Source: Protoeuglena noctilucae (Eukaryota). Taken from it: 64,000 nt of DNA. Position 1 is the first letter of the stretch; every line of letters starts with the position of its first letter. Where the stretch lies: positions 682,001 through 746,000 of the forward strand of contig OY253676.1 in NCBI GenBank assembly GCA_958009085.1, read 5' to 3'. The translations under genes were made by a program, and so were the position numbers. Positions 1-15,894 of the stretch are shown piece by piece. The notes beneath the pieces were generated by a model. It had not been told where the DNA came from. It did not search any database and saw only the letters and a program-made list of their open reading frames with translations.

Positions 1-2280
1 GCGCAAGGTAGGTCTGGCCGGCTGGCCATCGCGCTCCGGCCGCGTGCAAGGCCGATCCGCGAGAGTCCACAGGTGGCGATACGTCCGCGGCGTGGCTCCC
101 CGGGCGCCCGGCGGCGAGGCGGACATCTTGGACGCGATGGCTGCGGGCGGCGCATACATCGACCCAGCCACGCAGCTGGTGGCGCTGTGCGAGGTGTGCG
201 GGAGGCCGAGCAACAAGGAGTGCTGGATCTGCAAGATGCGCATCTGCGACTTCTGCACCCGCAAGCAGCACTGGCGCGGCGCGTTCGCCCTGCACTGGCC
301 CCTGGTCAACGCACGCACCATGCTCGAGACGCTGGGGAAGAAGGAGATGGAGAAGAAACGCATCGACGACGCGCGGCGGTACGAGAGACAGGACCCCAAC
401 TTCCGCACGGAGGCGCAGCTCAAAGAAGTGAGTCAACGCCCGGGGGGCACACACCGACGCGAGCCATCCCGGTTGGCTCGTATGCGTCATAACCTCTTAA
501 CCTGGCTCGCCACCCAGAGCTTCGTAGATGCTTGCTTAGCACTTGCGTTCCATGCATGTTGTCAAGTCTCTCTTGCTGGCCACCCTGGTTACCTGGCCGC
601 CCCGCAGCTCCGTCGGTTCAAGGAGGCGGCCTTCCGGAGCCAGGCCGAGCCCGGGCGGGAGGTGCGGCACGACAGGGAGCTGTCGCGCTACTGGATGTGG
701 GCCGAGACGGACCTCCACGTCATCGTGGCGTGCTACGTCCCCACGGGGTACAGCGACAAGGAGCTGGACGTGAGGGTCGAGGGAGGTGAGATGCAGGACA
801 CGAGGGTGGTGAGGATGTGAAGGCAATGAGAGCAGAGGGAGAGGGAGGTCAGAGTGGGGCAGCGCCCTGCTCGCACCCACCTCGTGTCTCCCCATCTCCA
901 CGCCCACCTCGTATCATCCCTATCTCTGCAGGCGTCCTCACCGTACAGCCCGAGGACTCCCCCGCCATCATCCGCCGTCGCCTGGCGGGCGCTGTGGACA
1001 GGAAGCGCCCCGCGGAGGTCACCAAGTCGGGGGACAACCGCCTCGTCGTCTTGCACCTGCCCAAGGCGGAGCTGGGGGAGGAGTGGGGCTCGCTGTTCGA
1101 GGGCGACCCAAGAGGGGCCAGGCGCCTGGTGCCCGCCTACCGGTGGGTTTCTGTTGTGACACGGGACTCTGACACCTGTAAGCTTCTCTGTCACACTTAT
1201 ATCTGACAGCGACGACAGCGCCGCTGTGCTGCAGGATGGCCCGCGTGTTGAGTCCTGTGCCACTGCTCTCAGGGCCTGCAACATCTGACCCAGCCCCTCG
1301 CTGCACTGCCGATTGCAGGCTGTTTGACGATGCGAGCGACGCCGTGGTGGTGGAGGTCGAGGTGCCGCGGTGGGTGGAGGAGAGGGACGTGCACGTTCGC
1401 ATCACGGGGCGCGAGGTGTCCGTGTGGGTCAACACCTCCCCTGGCGGCGGCCTGCTGCTGGACAAGGTCATGTTCATCGATGAGGAGGAGGCTAGGAAGA
1501 AGAAGGGATGCGTGGGTGAGGCCATGGAGGGGCCCGGGTTGCAACGGCGACGATCAATCAGCCCACCTTTGCGTGTGTCACTGACACAGATACAGGGTCG
1601 CATGCTCACGTGTGCTTGAATCGTTCATCCGTTTCACGTGTATCTGCTGACTTGCAGCACTCTCTACCCCGTATGCAGCGGTGGACCCCCTGCACAGTTC
1701 CTGGGGCATCGAGGACGCAGAGGGCGGGCGGCTGGTGGTCTTGACCCTGGCACTCCCGGAGCCAGACAAGGAAGACGTCACGGTGAGGCCACGATTTGAA
1801 GCACATCGCCGGTCCCCTGCCTGTACACGCGTCATGGTCGCGCCGTAGCGCGCGACAGCAGCCGGCGACGTGACGCAGGGCGTGTGCTGCCTAAACATGC
1901 TGATTACATGTTTCATGGCGTGTCGTGGTCACTACTACAACTCGACATCACCCAGGCACCACTCGCAGTACCGGCAGGGCCAGCGCCGGGACCACCGCAC
2001 CGCTGAGCGTCCTGGGGAGGGCGGCCTCAAGGGCATGCGCTTCTTCGCGGATGACGAGGACGAATTCGGTCTTGAGGACATTTTAGAGGCCGCGGTGTTC
2101 TTGGAGTGCGGGTCGGTGCGTGTGCCCCACAAGCCCTGGGAGGTGGTCAAGGGCAGGGGTGGCCGCAATGCGGGGTACGACCTGGTGAGGCACTTCGAGG
2201 GGCTGTCCAAGCGCGCGAGGGCGCACGCGCTCGCTATCCTGGACGCGTTCGAGGCCAGCTTGGGCGAGGAGGCGGTTTGA
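1..2280 (+). CDS. 5'-partial multi-exon gene: Cys-rich (B-box/MYND-like) zinc finger plus two CS/p23-like (HSP20-like) domains
   Basis: GT-AG introns at about 8-72, 428-607, 787-931, 1143-1318, 1516-1678 and 1782-1968 join into one frame ending TGA at 2280. Motifs: CEVC..CWIC..CDFC..QH, then CS-like segments YWMWAETDLHVIVACYVP and LFDDASDAVVVEVEVPRWV..VDPLHSSWGIED. Confidence 0.6.
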
Positions 2281-2504
2281 GGGACGCTGGGGCTGTGGTG
2301 GCGTGACTGCTGAGGTGCGGGGCGATGGTCGGTAGCTTGCTTGCAGAGTGAACGTTGGTATCTGAGTGACGGCAGCTTAGCGCGGCGACCAATGCGACAG
2401 TGTTGAGAGTTGATGGAAAGAGCATGTCGTGTGTTGAATGGGAGAGATGATGGCCGTGCAGGTCCCGCCAAGGTTGCTCTTGTCGAGTTCAAACACGCAC
2501 GCTG

Positions 2505-5962
<3,458 letters not shown>

Positions 5963-6345
5963 GGCCGAAGTCGACCGGCGCGCAGAGTGCTGACACTGAT
6001 TTTGCAGCGCAACGCGGTCTCCGGATGACGAGACGCTGCCTTGTGCTGAATGGGTTAGCTGGCCCGTGAGCTCAACCACGCTGGGCGTGCAGCGCCGTTC
6101 TGAGGTGCGGGGCACAAAAAAGCAGCACTGTCCCTGCTTTTCCTTGCCTCAGGGACACTGCGCGTCACCTCCTAGGCATGAATGCGGTGCATGGGGCCAG
6201 CGATGCCCCATCGCTGATGCTGATCTCGGGGAATCCCCTACTGGCAGCGGCGTGAGGCAAAAAGGATCGTTCTCGCGTCTGCCTCCTGAAAGAGCGGCAG
6301 CAGATTGCGGCTGTGCACCACATCAATAGAGACCGAGCTGTGAGG

Positions 6346-6770
6346 ATGATCTACGACGTCTCTTCGCCCCTCTTTGCGTCCTTCCTGGCGTCGTCTGGGG
6401 CGGCAAACCACTCGTTCCGGTGAGTTTGAACGTTTCATGCCGAGGGGATCCCGAGGAGGATGCGGCGAACGCGTGGTGGCGACGAGATTGCCGGCCCCAA
6501 AAAGGGACTGCGTCTGGCCGCCAGCTGCAGCGTTGCAGGCTTCCACCCTTCCGGAAGCAACGTGTTTGCAATGCAGTTGGGGCGTCCAGTGCCGCTGTGC
6601 TGAGAAGGGGCGGCCACCGGCCCCTTTTCCGGAAGTCGACGCGGCCACGGCACGAGCAGCTGTTGCAGCTCTGGGAAGCAACGTTTGCGCCTCCTTCCGC
6701 ACGCAGCCCTTCCGTAAAGAAGGCACCAGGGGAGAGGGCTTCCGACAACAAGCCCACGATGACGGAGTAG
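6346..6770 (+). CDS. Wound-induced basic protein family microprotein (45 aa, 2 exons)
   Basis: Exons 6346-6419 and 6707-6770 (intron GTGAGT..CGCAG) give MIYDVSSPLFASFLASSGAANHSFRPSVKKAPGERASDNKPTMTE*. This matches the plant wound-induced basic protein pattern MIYDVNSPLFRSFL..KASENKP.MTE. Confidence 0.9.
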
Positions 6771-7261
6771 GCGCAGGTGGGTTGCAGCTGCCTTGTATGG
6801 ACGCTTCCCATTTGTGCATGCCGCAAGAGACCCCAGTGCACGTCCCGCTCATTCCACCGCACGCCTCGCTATGCGCAGGTGATGGTTAGGCCAGGTCGCC
6901 TTGAGGCCAGTCTGTCCAAGGCCCATTGCCGGGCCTCTTGCACTCGCCCAGTTGCAATCGCCCAGGCCCTTCCAGAGGTGCCTCTCTAGCGCCCCTCGCG
7001 GCAGCGTGTCCTCGCTTCAGAGACGGCTCTGCTGGCTAACGCTGCAGCAATGCCGATGAGGTATAGTGTGCAGCGCGTGAGTCGACACGGGCTGTGGGCC
7101 TAGGCTAGGACTTCCACGCATGTAAAAGTGTGTCAGTCTCCCACTGGAAAACCGCTACGCGACCATCATGCGGTGCGCACCCATCAGGTCGCAGGAACTG
7201 GCCAGGGGCGCGCTGGCAACGAGAAAGCGAGGCCGTGGGCGGTGGCCACCTTGCCTGCCCC

Positions 7262-9540
7262 TTACAGCAGGCCGGTGGCCATGCTCCCATCGTCCCCGCT
7301 CGACTCGGTGTCGGCGACTCGCTCCGCGCAGTACACGATGAATTCGCAACCCTCCTGCAGAGCCTCGACCGTCGCGCGGAGGTGCGGCAATGCCCCCTCC
7401 ACACCCTGTGCCACGGCTGCCGCCAAATCGGCCTCCGCGCACTCCCGGTACCGCGCAGTGCAGTCCTTGACCTTGATGCCGCCGAAGCCCGCGTCCCGGA
7501 GACTGTCGGCGAAGTGCGTGGGGTCCTCCCCCGGTCGCACGAGGTCACAGACGAGGACGGTGCCCTCGGAGCGCAGGCAATGCGACAGCGTCGTCGCCAC
7601 CGCATCCGTGTCCTCGCGGATGAGGCGCATGGCGCCTTCGCGAACGACCGCGACGTCTGCGGCACACAGGTGGCGCGCGGCGTTTCGGTGGATGCGGACG
7701 CAAGGCCAAATCGGCTGCATCGGGGCGTGCAGGTGTGCATCTCACCGTATGTGCTGAGGATGGGCATGCGGCTCGAGAAGGAGCAGACCTCGAAGGCCAC
7801 GGGGACGCCCTCGTGCGACGAGTGCTGGAGCGCCGCCATGACGGCGTCGACGCTCGCATCCATGCCGTGCACGGTCGCGCCGGCCTTGGCCATCATGACG
7901 GCCGCCCCGCCCGCGCCGCAGCCGACCTCGAGCGCCTCCATCCCCGGACCCACGCCCAGCGCCGCGATCAACTCCGCCGCCAGGGAGGCGCCCCCCGTAA
8001 AGATGTGCCCTGGCCCAAGCACCTTCTGCAGCGCCGTGAGGCTCTCTGCAGAGTGGGGGCCGCCGTCGGCCACCGATCGCGACTCCGCTGTGCCAGGGGT
8101 GTCCTGGACGACCTTGACCATGCGGAAGGCCATCTGGTTCTGGTTGCCCTTGACGCGCACGTACGTGTCGACAGACCGGCAGAAATCCATCCGGTAGCAC
8201 GCCCAGGCGGCGGGCGGCGTGGACGTCGTGGAAAGCGGCGACGCGGCCGCTTCCAGCATCGACAGGTAGCTCTGGGGGTCGCGGTAGTGGGTCGGGTTGT
8301 ACCTCCGGGCCTTGTCGCCCGACTGCCGGAAACACGACTCGCGAAAGAAGAGCACCCCGCCGGGCCGCAGCCACTTCAGGGCGCGGCGGAAGAGCGACTC
8401 GACCTCGGCGTCTGACAGGTACATCAGGAGCCTGAGAGGAGAAAGAGGGCGGCTTGGGTGGGTGATGGGCGACGGGAGAGGTCGCGTGACAGGGCCGTCT
8501 GCTGTGTATGATATAGCTGACATCGCACCAGTTGCTGAAGACGACGTCGAGCGACTCGGGTGGGAGGTCGAGCTTGGTGGCGTCTGCGGCCATCCACTCC
8601 ACGTTGGCGCACCGCTGGTTGAGGCGACGGTTCTCCTCAATCAGATGAGGCATGAAGTCCACCGCCGTGATGCGCTTGCAGCTCTGCGCGCCCACGGGAT
8701 TTGGGCATGGTGGCGCGCGACATCGACGCCTCGCTCGCCGTGTCCTGGTGGCACGCCCTCACCTGGGCCAGCACGCCCGTGAAGCGGCCAATCCCCGCGC
8801 CAAGTTCGAGCACTTCTTTCCCCGCCATGTCGCCCAGCAGTCGTAAGATCTGCACACACGGCCGGGGCCCGGCTAAGGTCTTCCGCGGGTGTCGGATAGC
8901 CGCCCTCGTAGCGCGCATGCCAAGGCCCCCGCGTCGCCGAGGCGCGACGTTCCCCCAGTGCGCCGACCCATCGGAATCACAGACCCCGTGATAAATGTCC
9001 CAGCGCAACCCGCGGGCAGTCGCGGCGGCCATCGAGCGCGGCAGGCCGCCTACCCGCAAATCCGCCTCGACAGCGTCGCTGGCTCGCTGGGGCAACGGCG
9101 GGCGAAATGGCCGGCCTCGACAAGACCTATCTGTCGCTCTCTCCCGAAGAGACCCGGAACGGAGGCCCCGGCGGCGCCGGAGAGCGAGGAACTCCTTCGT
9201 GTCGCTCGCCCCGCCGCGAGCGCAAACGAAACGCGACGGCCGCAGTCTCATGCCATATATGAATGCATCAAAGCGTCGTATAATCGGAAACAGGGCGGGG
9301 GACGCTCGGGGGGGGGCCAGTCTCCCCTCATCCAATTCCACAACAACGCGGCCGTTCCCGAAGCAACGCGGTGGCCGTCCAGCCCGTCACCTCTGGCCTC
9401 TCGTGCGCGTCGATGACGGAAGCCGCCGAGTCCAGCATCATGGCCTCCACCGTGCACTGCGTGCTGTGCTCGCGCCAATAATTGGCGAACACCTCCCGCT
9501 CGCTCCCCCCCGAGTCCGGAGGAAGAGTCGTGTCCCCCAT
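7262..9540 (-). CDS. PEAMT: Phosphoethanolamine N-methyltransferase (di-domain, C-terminal domain divergent)
   Basis: [47 protein letters not shown] and [18 protein letters not shown] are plant PEAMT domain-1 signatures. A second SAM motif is LEVGCGAGG. 4 GT-AG introns. Confidence 0.92.
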
Positions 9541-9911
9541 GGCCGGAGGAAGGGCTGCTGAGGCCGTCGGCACTCGACCAGCGTGGCTCCACAAGTCTCG
9601 CCCTTCTCTGGATTGTACATCAACGTTGCCGAGCTAAGACACGCTTTGGCTGACGCGATGCATACCTCGTGAGCTGTGCTCGCCGCGAGGCCTTTTCACT
9701 CCCTGGGGCAGCGACCTGATGTCGAGTCGGCACGCAAGTAAGAGGGCCCAGGGCAGAGCGTCAGACAAGCGGCGACCGGGATGCGGAGCTTGCATTCTCG
9801 AGACAGGGCTCTTTCCACAGCGACCCGCCGCCGCTTCTACGCCTTGTCCAGCAGCGCAGGCACTCAAGTCCTGCAGCAGCCACAGCGAGGGGCAAGGCGG
9901 CGAGGGAAGGG

Positions 9912-11143
9912 ATGCCGAAGAACAAGCGCAACAAAGTAGGCGAGACGCCATCGCGCTGTCCGCGGAGGGAGCGAGGGGGAGCCGCAAGTGGCACCTTGCC
10001 CTAGCCGCCTCCGCATCGCCGCGCCGCCACCTCTGCGGCCCGCGAAACGCTCAGGCTTTTTTCAGCAGCCGATGTCTACGTCTCGCACGTGGGCTGCCGG
10101 CCCAATGCCGGCTCGGGCCACACAGAGCGGCGCCCCGGCCCGCCGCTCTTGCGTGATGTGGGCTGCCGACCGCCGCCGCTCCCGTGCCGCTCGCCGCAGT
10201 CAGCCTGACCAAGGTCAAGAAGAAGGGCAAGGAATGGAAGGACGGGGTGGTGTCGCTGGTCCGCCAGGTGAGCCGCGGACGGCGCCGTCTCGGTGGGAAG
10301 GGGCGCCGGTGTCCTTGCGTCCCCGCGTCACGCCCGCCCCACCCCCCTGCGCCTCGCAGAGCCTGGAGAGTTATCCGTATGTGTATGTCTTTAGTTTCGA
10401 GAATTTGCGCAGCGAGGCGATGCGGCAGGTGCGCGACGAGCACAAGGAGACGTGCCGGTTCGTGATGGGTGGCACGAAGCTCATGCGCACGGCGCTGGGG
10501 AAAGGCCCGGAGGACGAGCAAGCGCCCCGGGTGTCGGAGCTGGGGGAGTACCTGCGCGGGCCGGTCGGTCTCCTCTTCACGCGGCTTCCCCACGACGAGG
10601 TCGAGGCGCTGGTGGCGGGATGCGCCAGCGAGGACTTTGCTCGCGCGGGGTCCAAGGCGACGCGGACCGTGGAAGTACCGGCGGGGCCGGTGTCGGGTCC
10701 AGACGGGCCGATGGCGCACACGCTGGAGCCTCAGCTGCGCAAGAACGGGATGCCGACGCGTCTTGTGAAGGGGGTGGTGGAGCTGGTGTCGGACTACACG
10801 GTCTGCCGGGAGGGCGCGGTGCTGACGTCGCAGCAGGCGACGCTGCTCCGGCACTTCGGGATCAAGATGGCCACGTTCCGGCTGGGATTGGTGGCCGTGT
10901 GGCGCAAGGGCGAAGACGGGTCCCAGGTGCGCTTGGGTGACGCTGTGCCTGCTTTCATCGACGAGCGACTGTGCACCAGCGGCGCTCTCGCTTGTGTGGC
11001 GCGTCACGCAGCCCGCGCTTCCCTCGCAGCCGGAGGTGGAGGTGCTGGACGAGACGTACCTCGACCGATTCCGGGAGCTGACCACGGAGGAGCAATGGGA
11101 GCAGCAGGGGTTCGCGGTGGAGGTCGAGGAGCGGGAGGAATGA
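9912..11143 (+). CDS. MRT4: Ribosome assembly factor MRT4 (uL10/P0-like)
   Basis: Exons 9912-9939, 10200-10267, 10360-10926 and 11030-11143 give MPKNKRNKVVSLTKVKKKGKE..DFARAG..HTLEPQLRKNGMPTRL. The first intron is GC-AG. Confidence 0.93.
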
Positions 11144-11485
11144 CGCGCGGGGAAGAGTCGCACATTGAATGGCGCGGGGACGCATCACGCTACCAGCGCA
11201 TGTGCTTAGAGTCCGCAACCGTGACGACCCACGCCCCGGTGAAGCCGCTGGGGTGCCACTCCACGGCCGCGCTCGACGGCCACAGCGGCAGCGCGCGGCC
11301 GGCGGCAGTGGCGGCGGCGGCGGCGCTGCTGGAAGCGTCAGCCCCGTGCTCCCGGCGGCAGTCCCTGGCCTGCCTCCCGGGCTCCTCCAAAGCCAGGACA
11401 GCCGCAGCCCCGCCGTGCTGCAGGCAGTGCGAGATGCTACCACATGAGTCCAGCAGCGTCAAAACATGGCTTGCTCGTTGACATC

Positions 11486-12425
11486 TCATAAACAGCCGTC
11501 GTTTCTGCGCTTCACCTTGGCAACGAGGTCTGCCGTCACGCTCCCTGCCCCCGGCGCCCCCTGCGCTCTCACGTCCTCCAGAACCGCCGACAAGCTCCCG
11601 GGCGCGTCGTGTGCGGCGTGCCGGCAGCCATTCGAGTCGTGGTCGCTGAGGACGGAGAGCCTCTGGTGCCCTCGCTCGTTGCAGCACGTCCACGTGAGGC
11701 CAACCCCGTTGAGCACCGCGCCGCTGATCAGCGTGCCCGGGTGGTGCCGGCAGCTCACGGAGCTGTTCTCGCCGTCGGAGAACTGCCGCCGGCACCGAAC
11801 GCACTCCCGCTGCGGTGCCATATGCAAAGGAACATACGGTTTGCATGCCATGCCACGGTAGCAAACACGCATGGGGGTCTGCGCCGCGGCAGTGGTCACC
11901 TTGGCGTGCAGTGCTTTCCAAGCTACTCGCACGGCCCTCTCGGGGTCGTGCACGAGTGCGATGTCCAGTGCGACGTCCGCGACGCGCGGGTCTGCAACTG
12001 TCAAGTGGGAGTGTTCGGCTGAGACGGCTCACAGGCTCACGGCATGGCACCTGCCGGTGCTCCACGCAGTGCAGGTTAGCAATCTGTCTCTCCTGTGCTG
12101 CTCGCCTTTCACGGCTCGTCGCATAGCGGCCCGCCACACGGAGTGGTTTGTGGCGAGCCAAAGGCGCGCGTCCGAGGAGACAGTGGAGAAATCCACGATC
12201 GATTGGATATCTAGATGAGTCAAGATAGTCTCCAGGATGTCGTCTGCGCAGTATGACGTGGTCAGGAGCGTGTATGAGCCGACCTGGCGTTGCGGTACTG
12301 CCCAGGACCGCGCAGTCGTCGCTCCCCAAGGCCGCCCGGCAAAGCAACGTACCGGGAAGGCTGAGAAGGTCGTCCTCCGCAGCTGTAGGTGGCTGGAGGG
12401 TTGCGAGGGAATCACTGCCAGCCAT
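11486..12425 (-). CDS. F-box protein with C-terminal Cys/His zinc-binding (CHORD/Btk-like) motif
   Basis: Spliced N-terminus LLSLPDDILETILTHLDIQSIVDFSTVS fits the F-box pattern. C-terminus is CVRC..CRHHPG..WTCC..GC..H. The middle intron boundary is uncertain. Confidence 0.65.
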
Positions 12426-12766
12426 TTTTTTTCACGCCAAGCCTTTACAGGGCTGCCCACGCCACACCCAGGACTCGCAGAGACGCCGGATTGGCACCCA
12501 AGCCCGAACATTTGCCGGGACGCCGCGGTCGGCCCACGCTCAAGCGACTCTCTCACGAAACCCACCAGGGCTGGCAACGCACGCGCAAGCCAGTAAGCCA
12601 GTTGTCCATCAGCCGGCGCATGAGTGGGCCGCATTTCCACCGCGGACTCCGCAGCTTCAGCTCCCGAGGCCAGTCATCTCTTCACCGTCGCTCGGAGTCG
12701 CCGCAGAGGCAAGCGAAGGGAAGCCCCCACTCACGCGGCCACGCGGGAGGGGCTGCTCAGCTAGCG

Positions 12767-13386
12767 ATGGGTCCCAAGGAGCCTAAGAGGAACGAGGAGG
12801 AGGAGGCGGAGGAGGCGGCGCAGCAGCCAGGCACGTGGCCCGCGAGAGGAGACCTGGCCGCCGTGCGTGGCCCGTATCCGTGCCCACGAGTCGCCCGCGT
12901 TTGCATACGCAGCGGAGACGTCTGGGGCTGGCGCGGAGCAGACGAAAGGGCTGAGCCATTTGGCGCAGCACGACACGGCGCGGGGGCGATCCGTGTCGGT
13001 GGAGAAGCTCACAGGTGCCCGCTAAGTAATCGTCCAATGCAAACTGTCAATGCATACCTGAAGCTGGGTACTGCTTGGAAGTTTCTCCATGCATAGTATG
13101 CATGCTTGGAGAGACGGCCTCGATCCACCGGCACGCAGGGGCCATGAAGGAGCTGGTGGCGGCGCAGGTGGAGGCGGACCAGGCGCGGCGGCAGAGAGAG
13201 AAGGAGCTCAGCCGAGTCAAGGTGTCGGATGCGGACGTGCTCGTCATCGCGAAGGAGTTCGAGGTGGACAAGCGCACGGCGGAGCGCAGGCTGCGCGAGA
13301 ACGCGGGCGACCTCAAGCGGACGCTGGAGTTCATGCTCGGGGCCGTCCCCTGCACCGTGGGGACCATGGCCCAGCGCGGCCAGTAG
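12767..13386 (+). CDS. HYPK: HYPK-like protein (C-terminal NAC/UBA-like domain)
   Basis: Exons 12767-12830, 12913-13014 and 13139-13386. C-terminus REKELSRVKVSDADVLVIAKEFEVDKRTAERRLRENAGDL is typical of HYPK. Confidence 0.82.
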
Positions 13387-13615
13387 CAGCGGCCGGTAGG
13401 ACTGCCGTGTCTGGCACCTCCTGCGGCCAGCTGTCACTGACTTGACGCATGCCGTGCCCGAAGCCAAGTCATTTGTGTGTGGTTGGAAGCGCTGGGTGTT
13501 CAATCGTTAGCTATTTGCTGCTACACCACTCTGAGGGTGCCCGCCGAATCTAGTTCCCTCGAGGGAGGCCTGCCGCTCGCTCTGGAGACGCTTCGTTGGC
13601 GTTGCGCCGAGGGTC

Positions 13616-15560
13616 ATGGTGGAGTTCGAAGATGGGATGGACCCGTACGCCGTCCTGGGCATCCAGGTATGCAGGGGAGGGCCTGCTGCAGAGTGCGGTT
13701 CTTCAGGGCCCCGTAATAGCATACGCGCCACTCGGTCAAGCGAATGGGCCTCCACCGTGATATTTCGGATGTAGAAGCACCCGTTGCGCGCGTTAGGATC
13801 TCCACTGCCCTGCGGAGGCGACGCGCAGGACCTGCGGAGCACGGAGTTGGAAAGCACAGACTTCTCGCGACCGCGCCGGCCCCTGCGCCCGCACGCAGGG
13901 CGGACCGGAGCTCACGGACCATGAGATCAGGAAGGCCTATCGTAAGATGGCCTTGGAGAAGCACCCGGACAAGAACAAGGACAACCCAAAGGCCGCCGAG
14001 GAGTTCTCGCGCATCGGCAAGGCTTACGAGGTCTTGAGTGACAAGGACGCGCGCGCCGCGCTGGACGCGGTGATCTTGGCGAAGCGGAAGCGGCAAGAGG
14101 AGCTCTCGCGCCAGGGGGCGAAGCGGAGGAGGATGCGGGAGGACCTGGAGGCGAGGGAGGCCGCGCTGGGTGCGGGCCCCAGGGCTAGGGCCAAGAACGA
14201 GGAGGAGATGGCGCGGGATCGGTTCCGCGCGGAGCTGGAGCGGCTGAACCGGCAGGCGGCGGAGCGCAGGCGCGCGGCGATGGGTGCGGCAGCGGCCGAG
14301 CGGGCGCGCGCGGCAGGGCCTGTGCCGGGGGCAGCGGGGCCCACGGCATCGGCACCCGGGTCGGGGCGCGCGAGTCCGGCGCCGGCTGCGCAGACCGCGG
14401 AGCTGCGGGAGCAGCTCGCACGCACGGTGCGGGCGAGCTGGCGCGTCCCGGCCGAGGGCCCGGGGTACACGGTTGCGGATCTGAGGGAGGTGTTTGGGCG
14501 GCACGGGGTGGTGCAGGACGTCATCCTTCGAGACAGCGGGAAGAAGCGGAAGGGTGAGGAACCTTGGCCATGACAAACAGCGTTTTGAAGGCAAAGCTGA
14601 GCTGACTGGGCGCATGCATGCCACTTGGTGCTTGGCCAGTCGTTGTAGTGGGAGCGTGTGTGACAACATACTTTGATGGCCCCGCCTCACTTGCAGGGGT
14701 CGCGCTGGTGACGCTCGACTCGCCAGCCGCGGTGCAGCGGGCGGTGGCGACGGTGAACGGGTCCCTCGACAACCCCATTCTGACGATGCCTGCGTCCCGA
14801 GGGGCTTCAAATGCGGAGGCAGAGGCCGGGGGTGGGCGGCGGGAGGGGTCTCGTGCAGAGGTCGGGCCGGATGCGGCCGACGGTGGGGTGGGGAGCACCG
14901 CGGCAGGCCCGATGGATGGGGGCGTGGGCGTAGGGGGGAGGGGTTTAGTGACGGGCCGCGAGCCGGGTGGCGTCGGAGTCTCGGCACCGAGCGCCGGAAT
15001 GCGGTTCCCCGCGGCAGGGTCGGTGCCGTTGCCACCAACCAAGCCGCTGTTTGCGGCTGCGGCCTCCATGACCAGACCGGCGTCAGGGAGCGTCAGGTGC
15101 GCTTGTATTTGGAAAGCACCAATGGCAACGTGCTCGTGCAGTGTGGTGGCTCTGCTGCCCCTGGCATGTCGCATGTTGTGACTCTGTGCCGTACACACTT
15201 TCGACGCATGCAGTGAGGCCGGTGTCGCGACCTCTTTGCCCGGCTTGTGCGCGCAGTGGCTTTTCGTTCTCCTTCAGCAAAGCGACGCCCGCGGCCTCGG
15301 GCAGCGCGTCGCGCGACGACGGGGAGGGGCCGTCAAGCAAAGCGGAGGTGGCGGGGGCAGGGGCAGGGGCAGGGGCAGGGGCGGAAGCGGGGGCAGGGGC
15401 AGGGGCACAGGCTGCTGTGGCTGCTCGCGAAGCAGAGAGGGCCCGGGAGCGAGAGCGTGTTCTACGAGCGATGATGGCAGAAGAGGAAGGGGCGGGGCAT
15501 GGGGACGACGATCGTGGTGCGGCGCGGGAGGTGGCGGTGGGGGAGGAGGGCAACCCGTGA
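13616..15560 (+). CDS. DNAJC17: DnaJ subfamily C member 17 / Cwf23-like (J domain plus RRM)
   Basis: [30 protein letters not shown] (J domain with HPD), RRM-like [19 protein letters not shown], and C-terminal ERVLRAM. 3 introns. Confidence 0.85.
15352..15408 (+). repeat. (GGGGCA)n coding microsatellite (Ala-Gly repeat)
   Basis: About 9 hexamer units, some degenerate, in the last exon of DNAJC17. Confidence 0.8.
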
Positions 15561-15894
15561 GCGTGCGACGCACTGCCGGCGTCGCCGTGTGTGCTTTTGT
15601 CTGCTTGTTATGCACTTCATGGCGCTCGGTTGGCTGCCTGTCTGCGGCAGCCAGGCACGCGACGCATGCCGACTCGGCGATTGTGTTGTGTTGAACAGTT
15701 GGAGAGCGATATTGCATTATCACCACCGGCATGTTCCGACCGGTACATCGGACTGGAGCGAAGGACGTAACATGGCTCATCGCACATCTATCCCCAGGCA
15801 CTGGCGCCGGGGTTTGCTACGCCAAGCAGGGGCGCCTTGGGCTGCAAACGCATCAGCCGTGATAAAGATATTACAATCAATTAGTGTGACATCG

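Noticed and set aside
11991..12105. Fourteenth GC donor (AAAG|GCGAGC) in the F-box gene
   Set aside because: It fits the consensus and phase, but no conserved motif spans the junction, so it was not counted.
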